In this document: positions 1 through 12,881 of the stretch, in pieces
Layout: the number at the start of each line of letters is the position of its first letter
Position numbering within the stretch: position 1 is the first letter of the stretch
Assembly: GCA_965112155.1 (NCBI GenBank)
Contig: OZ218105.1
Length of the DNA stretch: 64,000 bases
Reading direction: 5' to 3' (one strand)
Origin: Podarcis liolepis
Lineage: Eukaryota
Position numbers and translations under genes: made by a program
The notes under the pieces: model-generated
Seen by the model: the letters and a program-made list of their open reading frames with translations, nothing else
The model's database searches: none
Told to the model about the DNA's origin: nothing

Positions 1-202
1 GCGGGTGGCACCACTGAGAAGGCCCTCTGCCTGGTTCCCTGTAACTTCACTTCTCACAGGGAGGGAACCGCCAGAAGGCCCTCGGAGCTCAGTGTCCGGG
101 CTGAATGATGGGGGTGGAGATGCTCCTTCAGGTATACTGGGCCGAGGCTGTTTAGGGCTTTAAAGGTCAGCACCAACACTTTGAATTGTGCTCGGAAACG
201 TA
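1..202 (-). mobile_element. L2-type LINE ORF2 C-terminal fragment
   Basis: Translates as FRAQFKVLVLTFKALNSLGPVYLKEHL...; similar to the copy at 19236-19630. Confidence 0.8.
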
Positions 203-1006
203 GGCAGCATTTAACGGGACTCAGGGCACCTTCCAATGTACAACTTATGTGGGAGTAAGCCCCAGGGAATGTAGCAGAATTTACTTCTCTCAACAAAAAA
301 ATACCCTGAACTCTTGATTTCTAATAAAAGAACAAGGGGAGAATCCTTCTGAGTACATTTGTCTTATTTGCAACAAAACACATAGTGGAAAATACTACAC
401 ACCGTTGAGGTAGGGGGATTCCCCCATCTTTAAATACACTCATCAGATGTTTTCATAAAAGGGGGGAGGGTGATTGCTTGCAACTTACACTGCTATTTTA
501 CATGTACACACACGCACACACAAAAAAACACTAGAGATTTTGTTATCTGCCTTCCTCTTAAAACTCACTTTCGCAAAATCCAAGGTTCTCTTCCAACACA
601 TCTAAACACATGAACTATCCTTGCAAGGCCTGTTTTAATTCCTTCTCTCTTTATTCCTATTCTTGGGTAATGATAGCCCTGCTGGAAAACCTCCATGGTA
701 GATAACTGAAGGCAAGCCTCAGCTAAAATCTCTGGTTATCTCCCCTATCACTCTCATTTCAAGAACATGCAGGGAATAAGGCAGGGGTCAGTTTTTATTA
801 GGCTGAAACGGAAGATAGATTTTGGTTTTATTTTCCCCATGCTCACAAGTGTTATGGAAAAATCTAGGCACAAGGCTGCATTGGGCAGAGCCCGCGGGTC
901 CCTGTGGAATAAAGGAAGGAGTCTAGCCACCAACTGGAGCAAATAGCTGTAGACCAAAGTTTATTGCGCAACAGGTTCAAAGAGGAATTTTTAACCCGGA
1001 GGATGG

Positions 1007-1354
1007 GGTAAAGGTAAAGGGACCCCTGACCATTAGGTCCAGTTGTGGCCGACTCGGGTTGCGGCACTCATCTCGCTTTATTGGCAGAGGGAGCTGGCGT
1101 ACAGCTGGTCATGTGGCCAGCATGACTAAGCCGCTTCTGGCAAACCAGAGCAGCGCACAGAAACGCCATTTACCTTCCCGCCGGAGCGGTACCTATTTAT
1201 CTACTTGCACTTTGACGTGCTTTCGAACTGCTAGGTTGGCAGGAGCTGGGACCCAGCAACGGGAGCTCACCCTGTCGCAGGGATTCGAACCGCCAACCTT
1301 CTGATCAGCAAGTCCTAGGCTCAGTGGTTTCACTCACAGTGCCACCTGCGTCCC
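1007..1354 (-). mobile_element. Sauria-type tRNA-derived SINE
   Basis: A/B-box head (GGTGGCACTGTG...GGTTCGAATCC), (ACCTTT)n tail, flanking GAGGATGG repeat. Confidence 0.9.
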
Positions 1355-3342
1355 TTCGAGGATGGAGTGACAAGGATTTTTTAAAGTTTCTATCTTATCT
1401 CAGCATACAGTTCATTAAGCATCATTACTACACCATTGCTTCATCAGAAAAGGGGAGGGTTATAATGATTAACATAGAAGGAATGTGTTGGCGCAACAGA
1501 CAGGATACAGGATATGTATTGGGAAGTACATGCTAAGCACCTACTGCAAAGGGACAATAGAACTTTGGTTTGCATAGTCTGCCACCTGGGCAGGTCAGGA
1601 GGAGTGCCTTTGCCCAGCGATTGACACTTATGAGTACCTTCCTGTGAGTACAGGACCTCCCACTTGAGGGATTATGGTGGGGACTGAATGGTTTCCAAGT
1701 CCTTGGTGGTGGAATGAAGGAAACGGGCAAAGGAGTTGATTTTATATGATTTTTAAAGCTAGGTAACTTCCCTGAGCTGTCAAGTCGAAAGGATACATAT
1801 TTGAAACATTTAACAACTTTAAAGATGTGCCCCCCCTAATTTCCGTAACACAAATAATACAGTTGCCCACTTGAATTGGGCCCAGTTGAGAAAATAAAAC
1901 ATTTCAAGCCACATTGAAGTATTTGAAAAAGTTTGAAGCTCCAGACTAATTTATATAAAATCTCTTCTGAATAACCACTGACAATATTTTTTTAAAAAAT
2001 ACAAACGTTGCTATGTAGAGGATAACGATTTATTAAGCAAGAACTGGTCTAGACTGCAGACAGATCTTAAGTTATTGTTTTTCAGAGTGCTGGGTGGTGT
2101 TTGAAAGAGGGATTGCTGCTTGTGGCAGGTTTGTGTGTTTTGGGAGGGTTCCGAAACACAGTTGTCAGTGGAACCAAAGAATCACAGGCAGAAATCACAG
2201 GAAGCAAGCCCTCTTGAACTCACTTTGTGCACCCTGAATACTAGTGTCTCCGTCCTTGTAATCACAAGAAGGGGAATCTATTGGTCTCACTGCAAAGTTG
2301 GAAACAAAGAATGGTTGTCAGCAGTCACAGGGAGTTAGCACTTTGGACGTGTAAACTGCACAGTGCAAGTCGGAAGCACTGTAATTACAATTATGCATAT
2401 TAAATGGCTACCATATGAGTTGACAACAGCTTAGTCAACATTACTTTCAGAACAAACAAAAATAAAACCGGGGAAATGGATGTGAAATCACTACTGTGAG
2501 GGTTAGGTAACGTTCCAAAAGTGACTCAACTGATTATAGTACAGCATGGTAAAGTGGAAATAAAAAAATAAAACACACACGCGCGAGCATCAGAATTTGG
2601 TTATTAGCATAGCAGAAATGATTCACAACTACCGGAACAGCACGAGTGGCAATTGCAACTCAAATACAGGCCTGCTCAGAAACAGAAACACCTACAGGGA
2701 AAATCTGTGCTGCAGAGAAGTTGCACACCTAGATTCACACATAGCAATAAATGAGGCAGATGGAATGGAGGAACAAATATTGATTTCCCCTTCCAAGCAC
2801 CAACTTCATTTTAGGCATATTTTGCACCACGTTATTGATTGACATTTCCTTTCTTACTTAAGACAAGCAATCTTAGCATTAAAACACACACACATACATG
2901 ATCTGCTGCCTAAGACACGGGTCGGAACTCTGTGGTACTTCAGACATGGCTGGATCTCCAGGTTCCAACCAGCATGGCAAATGGTCAGGAATGATGGGAG
3001 CTGCAATCAGGCTACATCTGCAAGGCCCACACACCTTCCCCCATCCATGCCCTAAGGCATGCCATTCTGGAAAAGTCTGCAGCACCAGTATTAAAGGCAA
3101 TGTTGCAGAAACACACCAAGTGCTGGTTAAACCCTCCAAAAGGGTGAAGTAAACATGAGAGGGAGACCGTGAGACCAGCTTACTAGTTCAGCCACCTGTC
3201 CCTGCTGTTACTATTCTGGTTGCCCTCCAACTTGTGGTTGGGGATTGTCTACAGTAGGGAACCTTCTCTACTCATAAGAGAGCCCAGCAGGGAAATGTGG
3301 AAAATTTTGCTTGCAAGGTGAGATCCTTTCACGGAGTAGATA

Positions 3343-4153
3343 CCGTATTTTTCGCCCTATAAAACGCACTTTTTCCCCTCCAAAAATGAACAGGGAAATG
3401 TGGGTGTGTCTTATGGGGCAAATGCAGGCTTTCGCTGAAGCCTGGAGAGCGAGGGGGGTCGGTACGCACTGACCCCTCTCGCTCTCCAGGCTTCAGGAAG
3501 CTATCCGCTAGCTGTGGGAGACCCAGCTCTCCCAGGGCTAGCGGAGAGCTTGCCTGCACCCAGAAGCTTGGGGCGCGCTGAGCTCCGCACGCCCTAAGCT
3601 TCGGGATTAGCGCAGTGCTCCGCTAGCCCTGGGAGAGCCGCACGGCTCTCCCATGGCTAGCGGAGACCTTGCCTGCACCCAGAAGCTTGGGGCGCGCTGA
3701 GCTCCGCAAGCCCCAAGCCTCGGGATTAGTGCAGCGCTCCGCTAGCCGTGGGAGAGCCGCGCGGCTCTCCCACGGCTAGCGGACTGCTTGCGCGCACCCA
3801 GAAGCTTGGGGCGCGCTGAGCTCGGCACGCCCCAAGCTTCTGGTGTAGCACAGGGGTCCGCTAGCCCTGGGAGAGCCCCGCGGCTCTCCCAAGGCTAGCT
3901 GAGCTCCGCACGCCCCAAGCTTCGGGATTAGCGCAGCGGTCCGCTAGCCCTGGGAGAGGCGCCCGGCTCTCCCAGGGCTAGCGGAGACCTTGCCGGCACC
4001 CAGAAGCTTGGGGCGCGCTGAGCTCAGCAGGCCCAAGCTTCGGGATTAGCGCAGCGCACCTGGGGGGGAAATAATTTTTTTTTCCTTTATTTCCCCCCCA
4101 AAAAACTAGGTGCGTCTTATGGGCCGGTGCGTCTTATGGGGCGAAAAATACGG
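3343..4153 (+). mobile_element. Tc1/mariner (Tc2-like) MITE with internal hairpin minisatellite
   Basis: TA|CCGTATTTTTCGCCCTATAAAACGCAC ... GTGCGTCTTATGGGGCGAAAAATACGG|TA terminal inverted repeats with TA TSD. Confidence 0.9.
3505..4059. repeat. ~119-bp tandem repeat x5, each unit containing two hairpins
   Basis: Units start at 3505, 3620, 3739, 3858 (internally deleted, 83 bp) and 3941; perfect 44-bp palindrome at 3739-3782. Confidence 0.9.
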
Positions 4154-4952
4154 TATATCAGCATTGCAAGAATCAGCCGTGAAAAGACATAGTGGACATT
4201 CTCTGGAGGATAACTCTCAATGTGCTTGGGAGAAGGAGTTAGCTGGCTGAGTGAAAAGCCACGTTTTACTGTCTTTATGTTTTGATTGTTTTGATTATGC
4301 GTTTTGTGCTTTGTATACTGTAACTTTGTGTTGTGAACCGTCCTGAAACCTACAGGTATAGGACAGTATACAAATAATAATAAATAAAATAATACATAAC
4401 AACAATAAAAGATGCTCTCTGCCTAGGATAGAGGCCCTTGAAGATCAAGCCTGTAAAACATCAGCATCGTATGGAAGGTTCTGAAGACAATCACCCTCCA
4501 TGAGTTGGGAGGGCAAGCAGAGCAGCCCCAAGACGGCACGGCAAACACACTCATTCCTGCTCTATCCCGTTCCCCTGCTTACTTCAATCCAATTATAGAA
4601 TCCGAAAAGGGCTTCCATTTCCAACAGCAGCCAGCAAAGTACCTGAAGAAGCTCACAAGAAACAGTAGGCCATTTCCTACTAGTGACCTTCCAAAGGTTG
4701 GTCACTACCAGAAACAAGGTGGTAAACTAAGATGGTCCTTAAACAGGGACTGGAGGCAATGCAAATCCTTAGCATGCAACACACAGAAGAAAACTGTCTC
4801 TATCAAGAGAGGTTCACTTATTTATGTATTGCATTTATACCCTGCCCTTGCTCCAAGAAGTTCAGGGTGATGGACATAGTTTTTTCTTTTCTGCACCAAT
4901 TCTGGCCTCAGATTAGCCCTGGGAGGTAGGCCTGAGAGACTGGTTCAAGGTT

Positions 4953-5100
4953 GTTCTTGTTTAGTCATTTAGTCGTGTCCGACTCTTCGTGACCCCATGG
5001 ACCAGAGCACGCCAGGCACTCCTGTCTTCCACTGCCTCCTGCAGTTTGGTCAAACTCATGCTGGTAGCTTCGAGAACACTGTCCAACCATCTAGTCCTCA
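4953..5100 (-). mobile_element. RTE-BovB-type LINE 3' end inserted in an older degenerate SINE
   Basis: AGTCGTGTCCGACTCTTCGTGACCCC tail; 12-bp TSD TGGTTCAAGGTT at 4941-4952 and 5101-5112. Confidence 0.85.
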
Positions 5101-5182
5101 TGGTTCAAGGTTACTAGTGAGCAAAGTTACCCAGTAAGGATTTGAATCTTGGTCCTAACTTTTGGGGTTAAGTTTCCATTTA

Positions 5183-5533
5183 AAAGGTAAAGGGATCCCT
5201 GACCATTAGGTCCAGTCGTGACCGACTCTGGGGTTGCGGCGCTCATCTCACTTTATTGGCCAAGGGAGCCAGCGTACAGCTTCCAGGTCATGTGGCCAGC
5301 ATGACTAAGCCGCTTCTGGCGAACCAGAGCAGTGCATGGAAACGCCGTTTACCTTCCCGCTGGAGCAGTACCTATTTATCTACTTGCACTTTGATGTGCT
5401 TTCAAACTGCTAGGTTGGCAGGAGCAGGGACCGAGCAACGGGAGCTCACCCCGTCGAAGGGTTTCGAACCGCCAACCTTCTGATAGGCAAGTCCTAGGCT
5501 CTGTGGTTTAACCCATAGCGCCACCCGCGTCCC
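5183..5533 (-). mobile_element. Sauria-type SINE
   Basis: Full length; TSD AAGTTTC(C/T)ATTTA. Confidence 0.92.
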
Positions 5534-5731
5534 AAGTTTCTATTTAGCTGTCCATTAATACTGACAAACCATATCTCCCATTCATCTCTCAGATCCCCTT
5601 GTAAATAAGTACTGACTTCACCACAGTAAAAGAAATTCCCCAAGTTAATTACACATTGTGTGAAGGTAAGTGTGTGAAGCTACAGCATTCCTACTATATC
5701 AGCTTAAGTGGCACATTCACTCTCACTCTCT

Positions 5732-5735
<4 letters not shown>

Positions 5736-5775
<40 letters not shown>
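5736..5775. repeat. (CA)n microsatellite
   Basis: Direct reading. Confidence 0.95.
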
Positions 5776-5778
<3 letters not shown>

Positions 5779-6932
5779 GAGCCGGGCTCTTCATCTCTCA
5801 CCTTGCATCCCTTCATAATATAACCGCCTTCAATGAGATAATTAACTTCCATAGCTGACCTGTGATAGCAATTTCACACATTCCAAATAATCAAATTAGA
5901 GCTACAATGGTCATCATTAGAAGCAAATGTGTAAACTTAATTTGTGCTTTCCTGCATCAAAGTGTGCATTTTGTCTAAACGCATTCACAGTTATCGTGAG
6001 GCTTGAATGGAGAAGGCACTTGTGGAGATTCACCATTTCAGTATCGATATTGGCTGGGGGAAATTCGTCGCTAATTCAATAACACACCAAGGGCTGCGCT
6101 GCCTCAATCATGAATGAAGAGGCTATAGAAACCACTGATATAAACACTGAAGACAACCTTTCTGTTACAAGGATACTTGGGTAGGATATTGAGGGTCTTT
6201 GCTCAGAACACGTGACATTTTCAGGCTGTTCCTTCCATCTGCATTCCCGGCTTACCCTCCTGAAAACTCACACGCAAAGGCAAAAAGAGTCAAAAAGAGT
6301 CGCTGGAATAGCACAATGATGGTTACAATCATGAGTAAAGATAACCATCAAACCCCCTGTGTTTGCAAGGAAGCGCTCTAAGATTATGCAAGGTTATTCT
6401 TTAGATCCTGGACTTAATAAACACACAAGCCAGGTCAGAACACCACACTAATCTATCCTCTGGCTTTTTGTGAAGTGTGAACCAGGGCCAGACAGACAAA
6501 CAGCCTACCAGACGAAGTGATTTGATCCCAGAGGGAAGAGCAGCAAAAGAGGTTTGAGCCCAGGAGTCAGCCTCTTTTCCTTTGGCCTTAGGCCCACCCC
6601 CGGCCGGCTGTCCATTGTCCTCCCTGGCTGGGGGCGGGTCAAAGGCCAGCTCAGGCAGGTGGGTGGCACCCGCCCAGGTGAGCCTCGCTTGGTGCCGCAA
6701 ACCCCGCCCACCTGTGGGGAAGGGAGGGCGGATATTATCAATAATGTGCCCTCGCTATTATCTCATGGGGAACAGCAAGACCTTAACTTCTAATCTGAAA
6801 TAGAAGCATGGACAAATTCTTCAGAGAAATAAAGTACAGAATATTCCACAACACACCAGATTTCCCTTTTTAAAAAAATAATAATACTAAGGTCTTCCTC
6901 TTCTCCTTGTGCAACTGAGTTGTTTCTTTATG

Positions 6933-7074
6933 CCGGAGCCAGGGAACCAGTGGTCTTCCCAGATGTTGTTGGACTCCAACTCCCATCAGTCCCAAGTGAC
7001 CACAGCCAATGGCCATGGATGATGGGAGTTGGGAGTCCAGCAACATCTGGGAGAGCCACAGATTCCCACTCCTG
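6933..7074. mobile_element. Palindromic hAT-like MITE (ACTACAACTCCCA family), degenerate
   Basis: CAGATGTTGTTGGACTCCAACTCCCATCA ... TGATGGGAGTTGGGAGTCCAGCAACATCTG inverted arms. Confidence 0.75.
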
Positions 7075-8267
7075 ATTTAGGAGAAGCTGCAAACCTTGTG
7101 GGCAGATGTCATCTGTAGGTAACACCATTATCACTTTGCATCCTATTTTCCACTACAACAGCCACATATGCCCATGGTCTCAGCAATGATCTCCTTGCTC
7201 ATCACCCAGCACAGACACACTTCTTTTCTTCCTTGTGAGCGGCTGTGTTTAAACGACAGGAAGAGCCAGGCAAAAAATTTGGAACAGATTTTCCAGATAA
7301 AGGAAGGAAGGAGGGGCCCATCGTCTGGAGATCCCAAAGGGCATGAAGAAGCAGAGAAAATACACTTCGACTAATTCAAATACTTGATCTTTCCATGGAA
7401 CTTTAGAGCTCATCCTTTTATGATGTAAAAGAAAAAAAGCTACTTAACACGCTCATGTGCTGGCCCAGTGGAATTTCTCTTTCTCATCCGATCTTTGAAC
7501 GGTTCCCTCTGCCCTGATTTCTCTCTGTGTCTCAAACACACATGCACCATATTGACATCTATCAATTTTAAAAGCCACCTACCATGCAGTAGTGGAGAAC
7601 TACTATTCAAAAAGAATAAAATAAAAATCACACACAAAGAAAGTTCTCTTGGGCCCACCAAGGTTTCTTCAAATCCTGACCATCTTCACATTCCGCAGCC
7701 ATGCAACAACACCCTTGGACCTAGCTATTCAAAATCAAATTCTGTTGATTTTGCTCTTCTTTTCTATCTCCAGGCAATGGTAATACTGAGAAGCTTCCCA
7801 TTATTATTACAACCTCTTAATAAAAATGTTGGTAAGCAGAAAACCAGGGATAGGAGATGTGTTCCCTCCCTACAAGATGCTGCTGGGACTAGAGTCCCCA
7901 CCATTCGTGATCATTGGCCATGATGGCTTGGGCCCTGCCTACCTGTTAAAACTTGGTCCACAGAGGGATGGAGGAGATCAGGGTCTACTAGCTCGCCAGC
8001 CTGACAAGTTCCCCACCTGATTTAATTTGATACAGTTTAAATGTTCTTCTCCTTCCCTTTTGTCAAGATGTGAAGGACCAGCAGAACTTTCCCACCAGTT
8101 CCCCATGCTCTTACATCTCCCATAAAACTAAAGGAAGGAATTCAGCACCATTAAACAGGCCTAAAAGCACATGAGACACCAACACTAAATTCAGAAATTA
8201 GCATCTGTGTATACCTGTCCATTTTGCTTCTAAAAAAAAAGAGAAAAAGACAAAAAGTTGAAACAAC

Positions 8268-8520
8268 CAGGCAGAGGGCCTTCTCGGTATTGATGCCCGC
8301 CCTGTGGAACACCTTTCCATCAGATGTCAAGGAAATAAACAACTACTCAACTTTTAGAAGACATCTGAAGGCAGCCCAGTTTCGGGAAGTTTTTAATGCT
8401 TGATGTTTTATCGTGTTTTTAATATTCTGTTGGGAGCCGCCCAGAGTAGCTAGGGAAATCCAACCAGATGGGCAGGGTTAAATTATTACTATTACTATTG
8501 TTGTTATTAGCAGCAGTAGC
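8268..8520 (+). mobile_element. L2-type LINE 3' end
   Basis: AGGGCCTTCTCGG...CTGTGGAAC...CCGCCCAGAGT followed by an (ATT)-rich tail; reverse complement of the 19236-19630 copy. Confidence 0.8.
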
Positions 8521-10116
8521 CAGGGCTTTTGACATAGCAGACTCAATTTCTTCTACACTTCATTGTTCTGTCCTTATTACCCATTTCCATTTAAGCAGCT
8601 TTTTTATTTTTTAAAAATCCTATCCAGATGAACAATCAGCAGATCTATAAGCAGCCATTAAAAATTAAGTAGCTTTAAAAGGGTCCAACAGCTAAAGATC
8701 AGCCTGTAAATGATGCCCAAGAGACTCTTTCTCCCATTCCACAAAACTCTTTTGGAAGAGTGCTTAGGCAAGGGGGAAGAAAACATGTCGTTCCAAGTGA
8801 TGGCTGCGGTAAATACATTAATGAGAAGCAGCAGCAGCAGAAGAAGACAGAAACTTGTTTAAGCAGAACTGGAAAATTTATGGCTTTGCTCCTTCGTACC
8901 AGGCATGTTGGTGGGAAGGTAGCAGGACTTGGTGCAATACCAGAAGAATGACAAAGGAGCAGAGCAAACGTTGAAACCTGACATAGTTTGCAAGCACTAA
9001 TTTAAAAAGGAGTAGCAACGAAGGACCAGCAAGTGCTACAAAACTCAATTCATGACATGCTCTGTGCAATGAACACATTCCATTGTAAGTTCAGTGCATT
9101 CTTGCCGTCGCCTGCTAGTACAATGACAGCTGCCAAGAACAGTAATTTCGTGCCATATCTGCAACTCTAATGATGCCTGTGTACATGTAAGCTGCATTCG
9201 CTGTCCTCTTTTCCCTCCTTGCCTCTTGCATTTCTCCCCTCTCCGGTGATAATAACAAAAATAATAGAATTTCTTAAATCCTCTTCACTATTTCTTGGAT
9301 TTCTTAGCAATGTTTCACCATAAGGTTCCAGGGCAAGTTGCAACAATATAAAAATACAGTATTGAAATCAGTTGAAACCATTAACAAATCAGAATAATCC
9401 CTCTCTTAGGAGTCTTTTGAGTCCAGGGTAAAGAGGTGTTCCTTCAGCAAACAGTGGAAGCTATTGGATGATACACTCCTATACAGAGGGAACTCGCCAC
9501 AGAGAAAGCAGTCTCCTGAACTGCCAATCCTCATAATTCTGGCAATGGTGAAAGGTACCAAGATACACCCCTCTGTTAGGGAACGAAACAGGTTTGCTGA
9601 TATCTGGGGCCTAAAGTTGCTTAGGGCTTAGTCTGCAACCCTCGCCCTGTTTCCCCACCACCATCACATCTCAATTTATATTCCAAGTGTCCTGCAGCAG
9701 ACATTTCTCTTTTGCTTATATTGCTCTTTTTTTTAAAAAAAAGTGCTGCGTCTATCTCCATCTAATGTGGTGCATGCATTTATAAATAGCACACGAGAAG
9801 ACTAAATGGAAGTCAGCCAAAAGTAGGTGGCTTCTAACCCTGTCCTTGCAGAAAAATAGCAGCAGGGGAGGGGAATCATCTATTTAGGCTTACATCAGAG
9901 CCTAAATTCCCACCCTTCCCATTTGAATACCGTTTCTGTATAGCAAGGGGTTGCCTGCCCTTTTACTTTGAAAGTGCAGGAGAGCCAAATGTACATGTCC
10001 ATTTGATAGCATAACTTTTTATGAATGCCCAGAGCAGTGTCTATCATAGCACTGTCAGCATACAGCCACCTACACTGTGTTTATTTAACGTAAGTTGCAC
10101 CTGCCTCAGGGTTTTC

Positions 10117-10800
10117 ACTAAGGCAGGAAGAACCAGCTGTGCAAATGTAAGATGGGGGACACCAGGATTGCCAGTAGTACATGTGAAAAGGATCTAGGGG
10201 TGTTAGTAGACCACAAGCTTAACAGGAGTCAACGGTGTGGTGCAGCAGCAAAAAAAGCTAATGTTATTCTAGGCTGCATTATCAGAAGTCTAAGTGTCCA
10301 GGTCAAGAGAAGTCATAGTACTGCCTTGATCAGACCACACCTGCAGTACTGTGTCTTGTTCTGGCCCCCACAATTTAGGAAGGATATCGACAAGTTGGAA
10401 TGTGTGCAGAAGAGGCCGACCAAGATGAAACAACCTTATGAGAAACGGTTGAGGGAGCTGGGTGTGCTCGGTCTGGATAAGAGGAGACTTGAGAGGAGAT
10501 ATGATAGCCATCATCAAACATCTAAAGGGCTATCACATGGAAGATGGAGCAAGCTTGTCTTCTCCTGCTCCAGAGGGAAGGACCCGAAACAATGACTTCA
10601 GGATACAAGGAAGGAGATTCTGGCAAAACACCAGGAAGAACTTTCTGGTGGCAAGAGCTGTTTGGGAGTGGAACGGACTCTGTCTCCTTGAAGGTGTTTA
10701 AGCAGAGGTTGTAGCACCTGTCATGGATTCCTGCATTGCAGAGGGTTGGACAAGATGACCCCTGAATCCCTTCCAGTTCTTACAAGTCTATGATTCTATA
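10117..10800 (+). mobile_element. CR1 LINE 3' fragment (frameshifted ORF2 end and tail)
   Basis: CEKDLGVLVDHKLN.SQ.C..AAKKAN.ILGCI, RPHLQYCVLFW.PQFRKDIDKLE.VQ, LRGDMIA motifs; TGATTCTA tail. Confidence 0.9.
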
Positions 10801-12229
10801 AGTGCAAACACAACAGGCTGAAAAATGGATATAGCAGGCAGGCCTAGGATCCCCATACACTGCAGCTGGGCAGGCAGGGTAAATAAGTGGTTTTTCATTG
10901 CCCCTTAGGTCTTACAGATGAAAAAAGTCTGCAAACTGCTTAACTAGGGGATAAACACCTTAGTTTGATTTAGCTAAGGAGTTGGGAAGGGACAGCAAAT
11001 GATAATAGGGTAGTTTTAGGAGGAAGACCACCTTCCTCCTTAAAAAATGTGCCTTAAACATTATCTGGGGGGGGGGGGAATACTTGGTCTGCGCTTGTAC
11101 CTTGCAAGTAAAAAAGTAAAACCAAGCGCACAAAAGGCAGAGGTTCTCTTCTCCACTGTTTCAAAATCATCTTCTGAAAGCCTGTGCCAAAAGCTCCCCT
11201 TCCAAATTTCTCGCGCCACAGTTAACATTAAAGGCTCTTTGTATAGCAGTGATTACATCACCGTTGGCAGAATGCTGCACTGTAATTAATTGTTTATTGG
11301 TAGAACGCGCTGCATGCCACTGGCATGCGATCAAAGCCCCTCGCTATCATCTAGACAATAATTTAGTGATTAATGAAAATATCGGTTAGCGATCTTTAAT
11401 CAGACAGAAAAGGGAAAGCTACCAATTATCAAAATTTTCCCACGTTTTGTCAGAAGCGTTTTAAGGCATTTCACACTCACACAGACAACCCCTCCCACCC
11501 CCACCCCCCAAAAAAGAGGAAATCTAACCTGTCTTTGTTGAACACAAATGTGCCCCTGTAGGGTAAAAAAAACCATTTCCCCATAAGGCTTAACTTTGTA
11601 AATAGATCTCCTGCAAGGCAGAAATTACTATGTAGGTATATTTAATGTGCTGTATTGATTTAAAGCTACTCCAGGAAAAGACTGACTTGGGGCGGGGGGA
11701 TCCAATGGAGTGAGTCTACCATTGGAATGGGGACAGAGGCAACTCCCCAAAATCCCTTCTAAATCTGCTCCAAAGAATAAAAAGTTTTAATCCCATCCGA
11801 TTAAAAGATAAGAAGAAATTCCTTTGGAGGGCTGAAATATAGGCATGCATACGAATTCCTTGCAGACCACCATCACCCAGTATAGACCAAGATGATCTTA
11901 AAGAACTTCCAAGGAAACCCTTCATGTCATTCCAAGACCAACAGATTGTCCCTTAGTGACCACACGCAAGAGATGTAGGCTCTCTTGGTGATAAGCACTC
12001 CGTCATCTGAAATGCCTTCCTTCAGGTAATTTGTGAGGAGGAGACAGTAACGCCCTTTAAAAGTCGCTTAAAAATGTGTGTTTATCCCACTGTCTCCTGG
12101 AATCCAGTTTTTAATGTTGTGCATTACTCTGTTTTACCCACGAAATATACAGTTGCAATATGTCTTTATCTAATTTTCTGGAGGGTTTATTGTGTCTTTA
12201 ATTGGCTTCTTTATGTAAGCTGCTTATAG

Positions 12230-12425
12230 CAGAGGTCGCTGTGTGGCACCCCCAATTTTTTCCTGGCACCCCTCCATTGCTGAAATTGCTCTTGAAAGAA
12301 TGATTCTGATTTAGCCAATAGAGCAGGCTGCAGTGTGCTCTGTTGCACTGCGTGTGATGCCCATAACAGTGACTCTGGTTTGCAAAGGTGCTTATTTATA
12401 GGCCTCAAAAGTTTGGCAACCCCTG
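12230..12425. mobile_element. hAT-type MITE remnant
   Basis: CAGAGG...AAAAGTTTGGCAACCCCTG; TSD GCTTATAG/GCTTACAG. Confidence 0.65.
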
Positions 12426-12881
12426 GCTTACAGCAGCGAAAATGTATTGATTTATAACTATACAGAGACTTTTAAAGGTAATCCAAAACACTTACTTTCA
12501 CCCTCTGTTTACCTTTTGCTCCTGGGGTTTTTTGTTTGTTTGTTTGTTTTGTTTTTTTTTAAAGAACTGTGACAACTCTGATGTTATTGGCATCCCTTGG
12601 GATACATGCAAGAGGCATTAAGCAAGACTACTTACTAAAAGGCTGAATGCCCCACTTTTTCAGTAAGCACAGGGCTTACTGATAGTCACTGGGCAGGTCA
12701 GCTTTTTTGCTTAAGGAAGTCAGTCTGCATTGTTCAATATAGTCTTCGTTTGAGAACTGAACACACTCCAGAGTCCAAGGAGTTTGAAGGCATAAAAAAC
12801 AAGAGTGCTGGCAGAGGCTCTGGGGTGATCCTGGCTAAACATACGAGAAATCTCTCATGAATAAGGAACAACTAGATCCCT

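Noticed and set aside
1059-1304. Recurring ORFs of type HVASMTKPLLANQSS...GFEPPTF (also 5256, 12932, 22444, 43406, 54747)
   Set aside because: Antisense translations of Sauria SINE copies
3505-4059. CRISPR-like repeat-spacer array
   Set aside because: The spacers are themselves repeated, the array is bounded by MITE TIRs, and the context is eukaryotic with no cas genes
10152-10701. Functional reverse transcriptase genes in LINE fragments (also 23290, 25532)
   Set aside because: All are short, 5'-truncated ORF2 ends, some frameshifted
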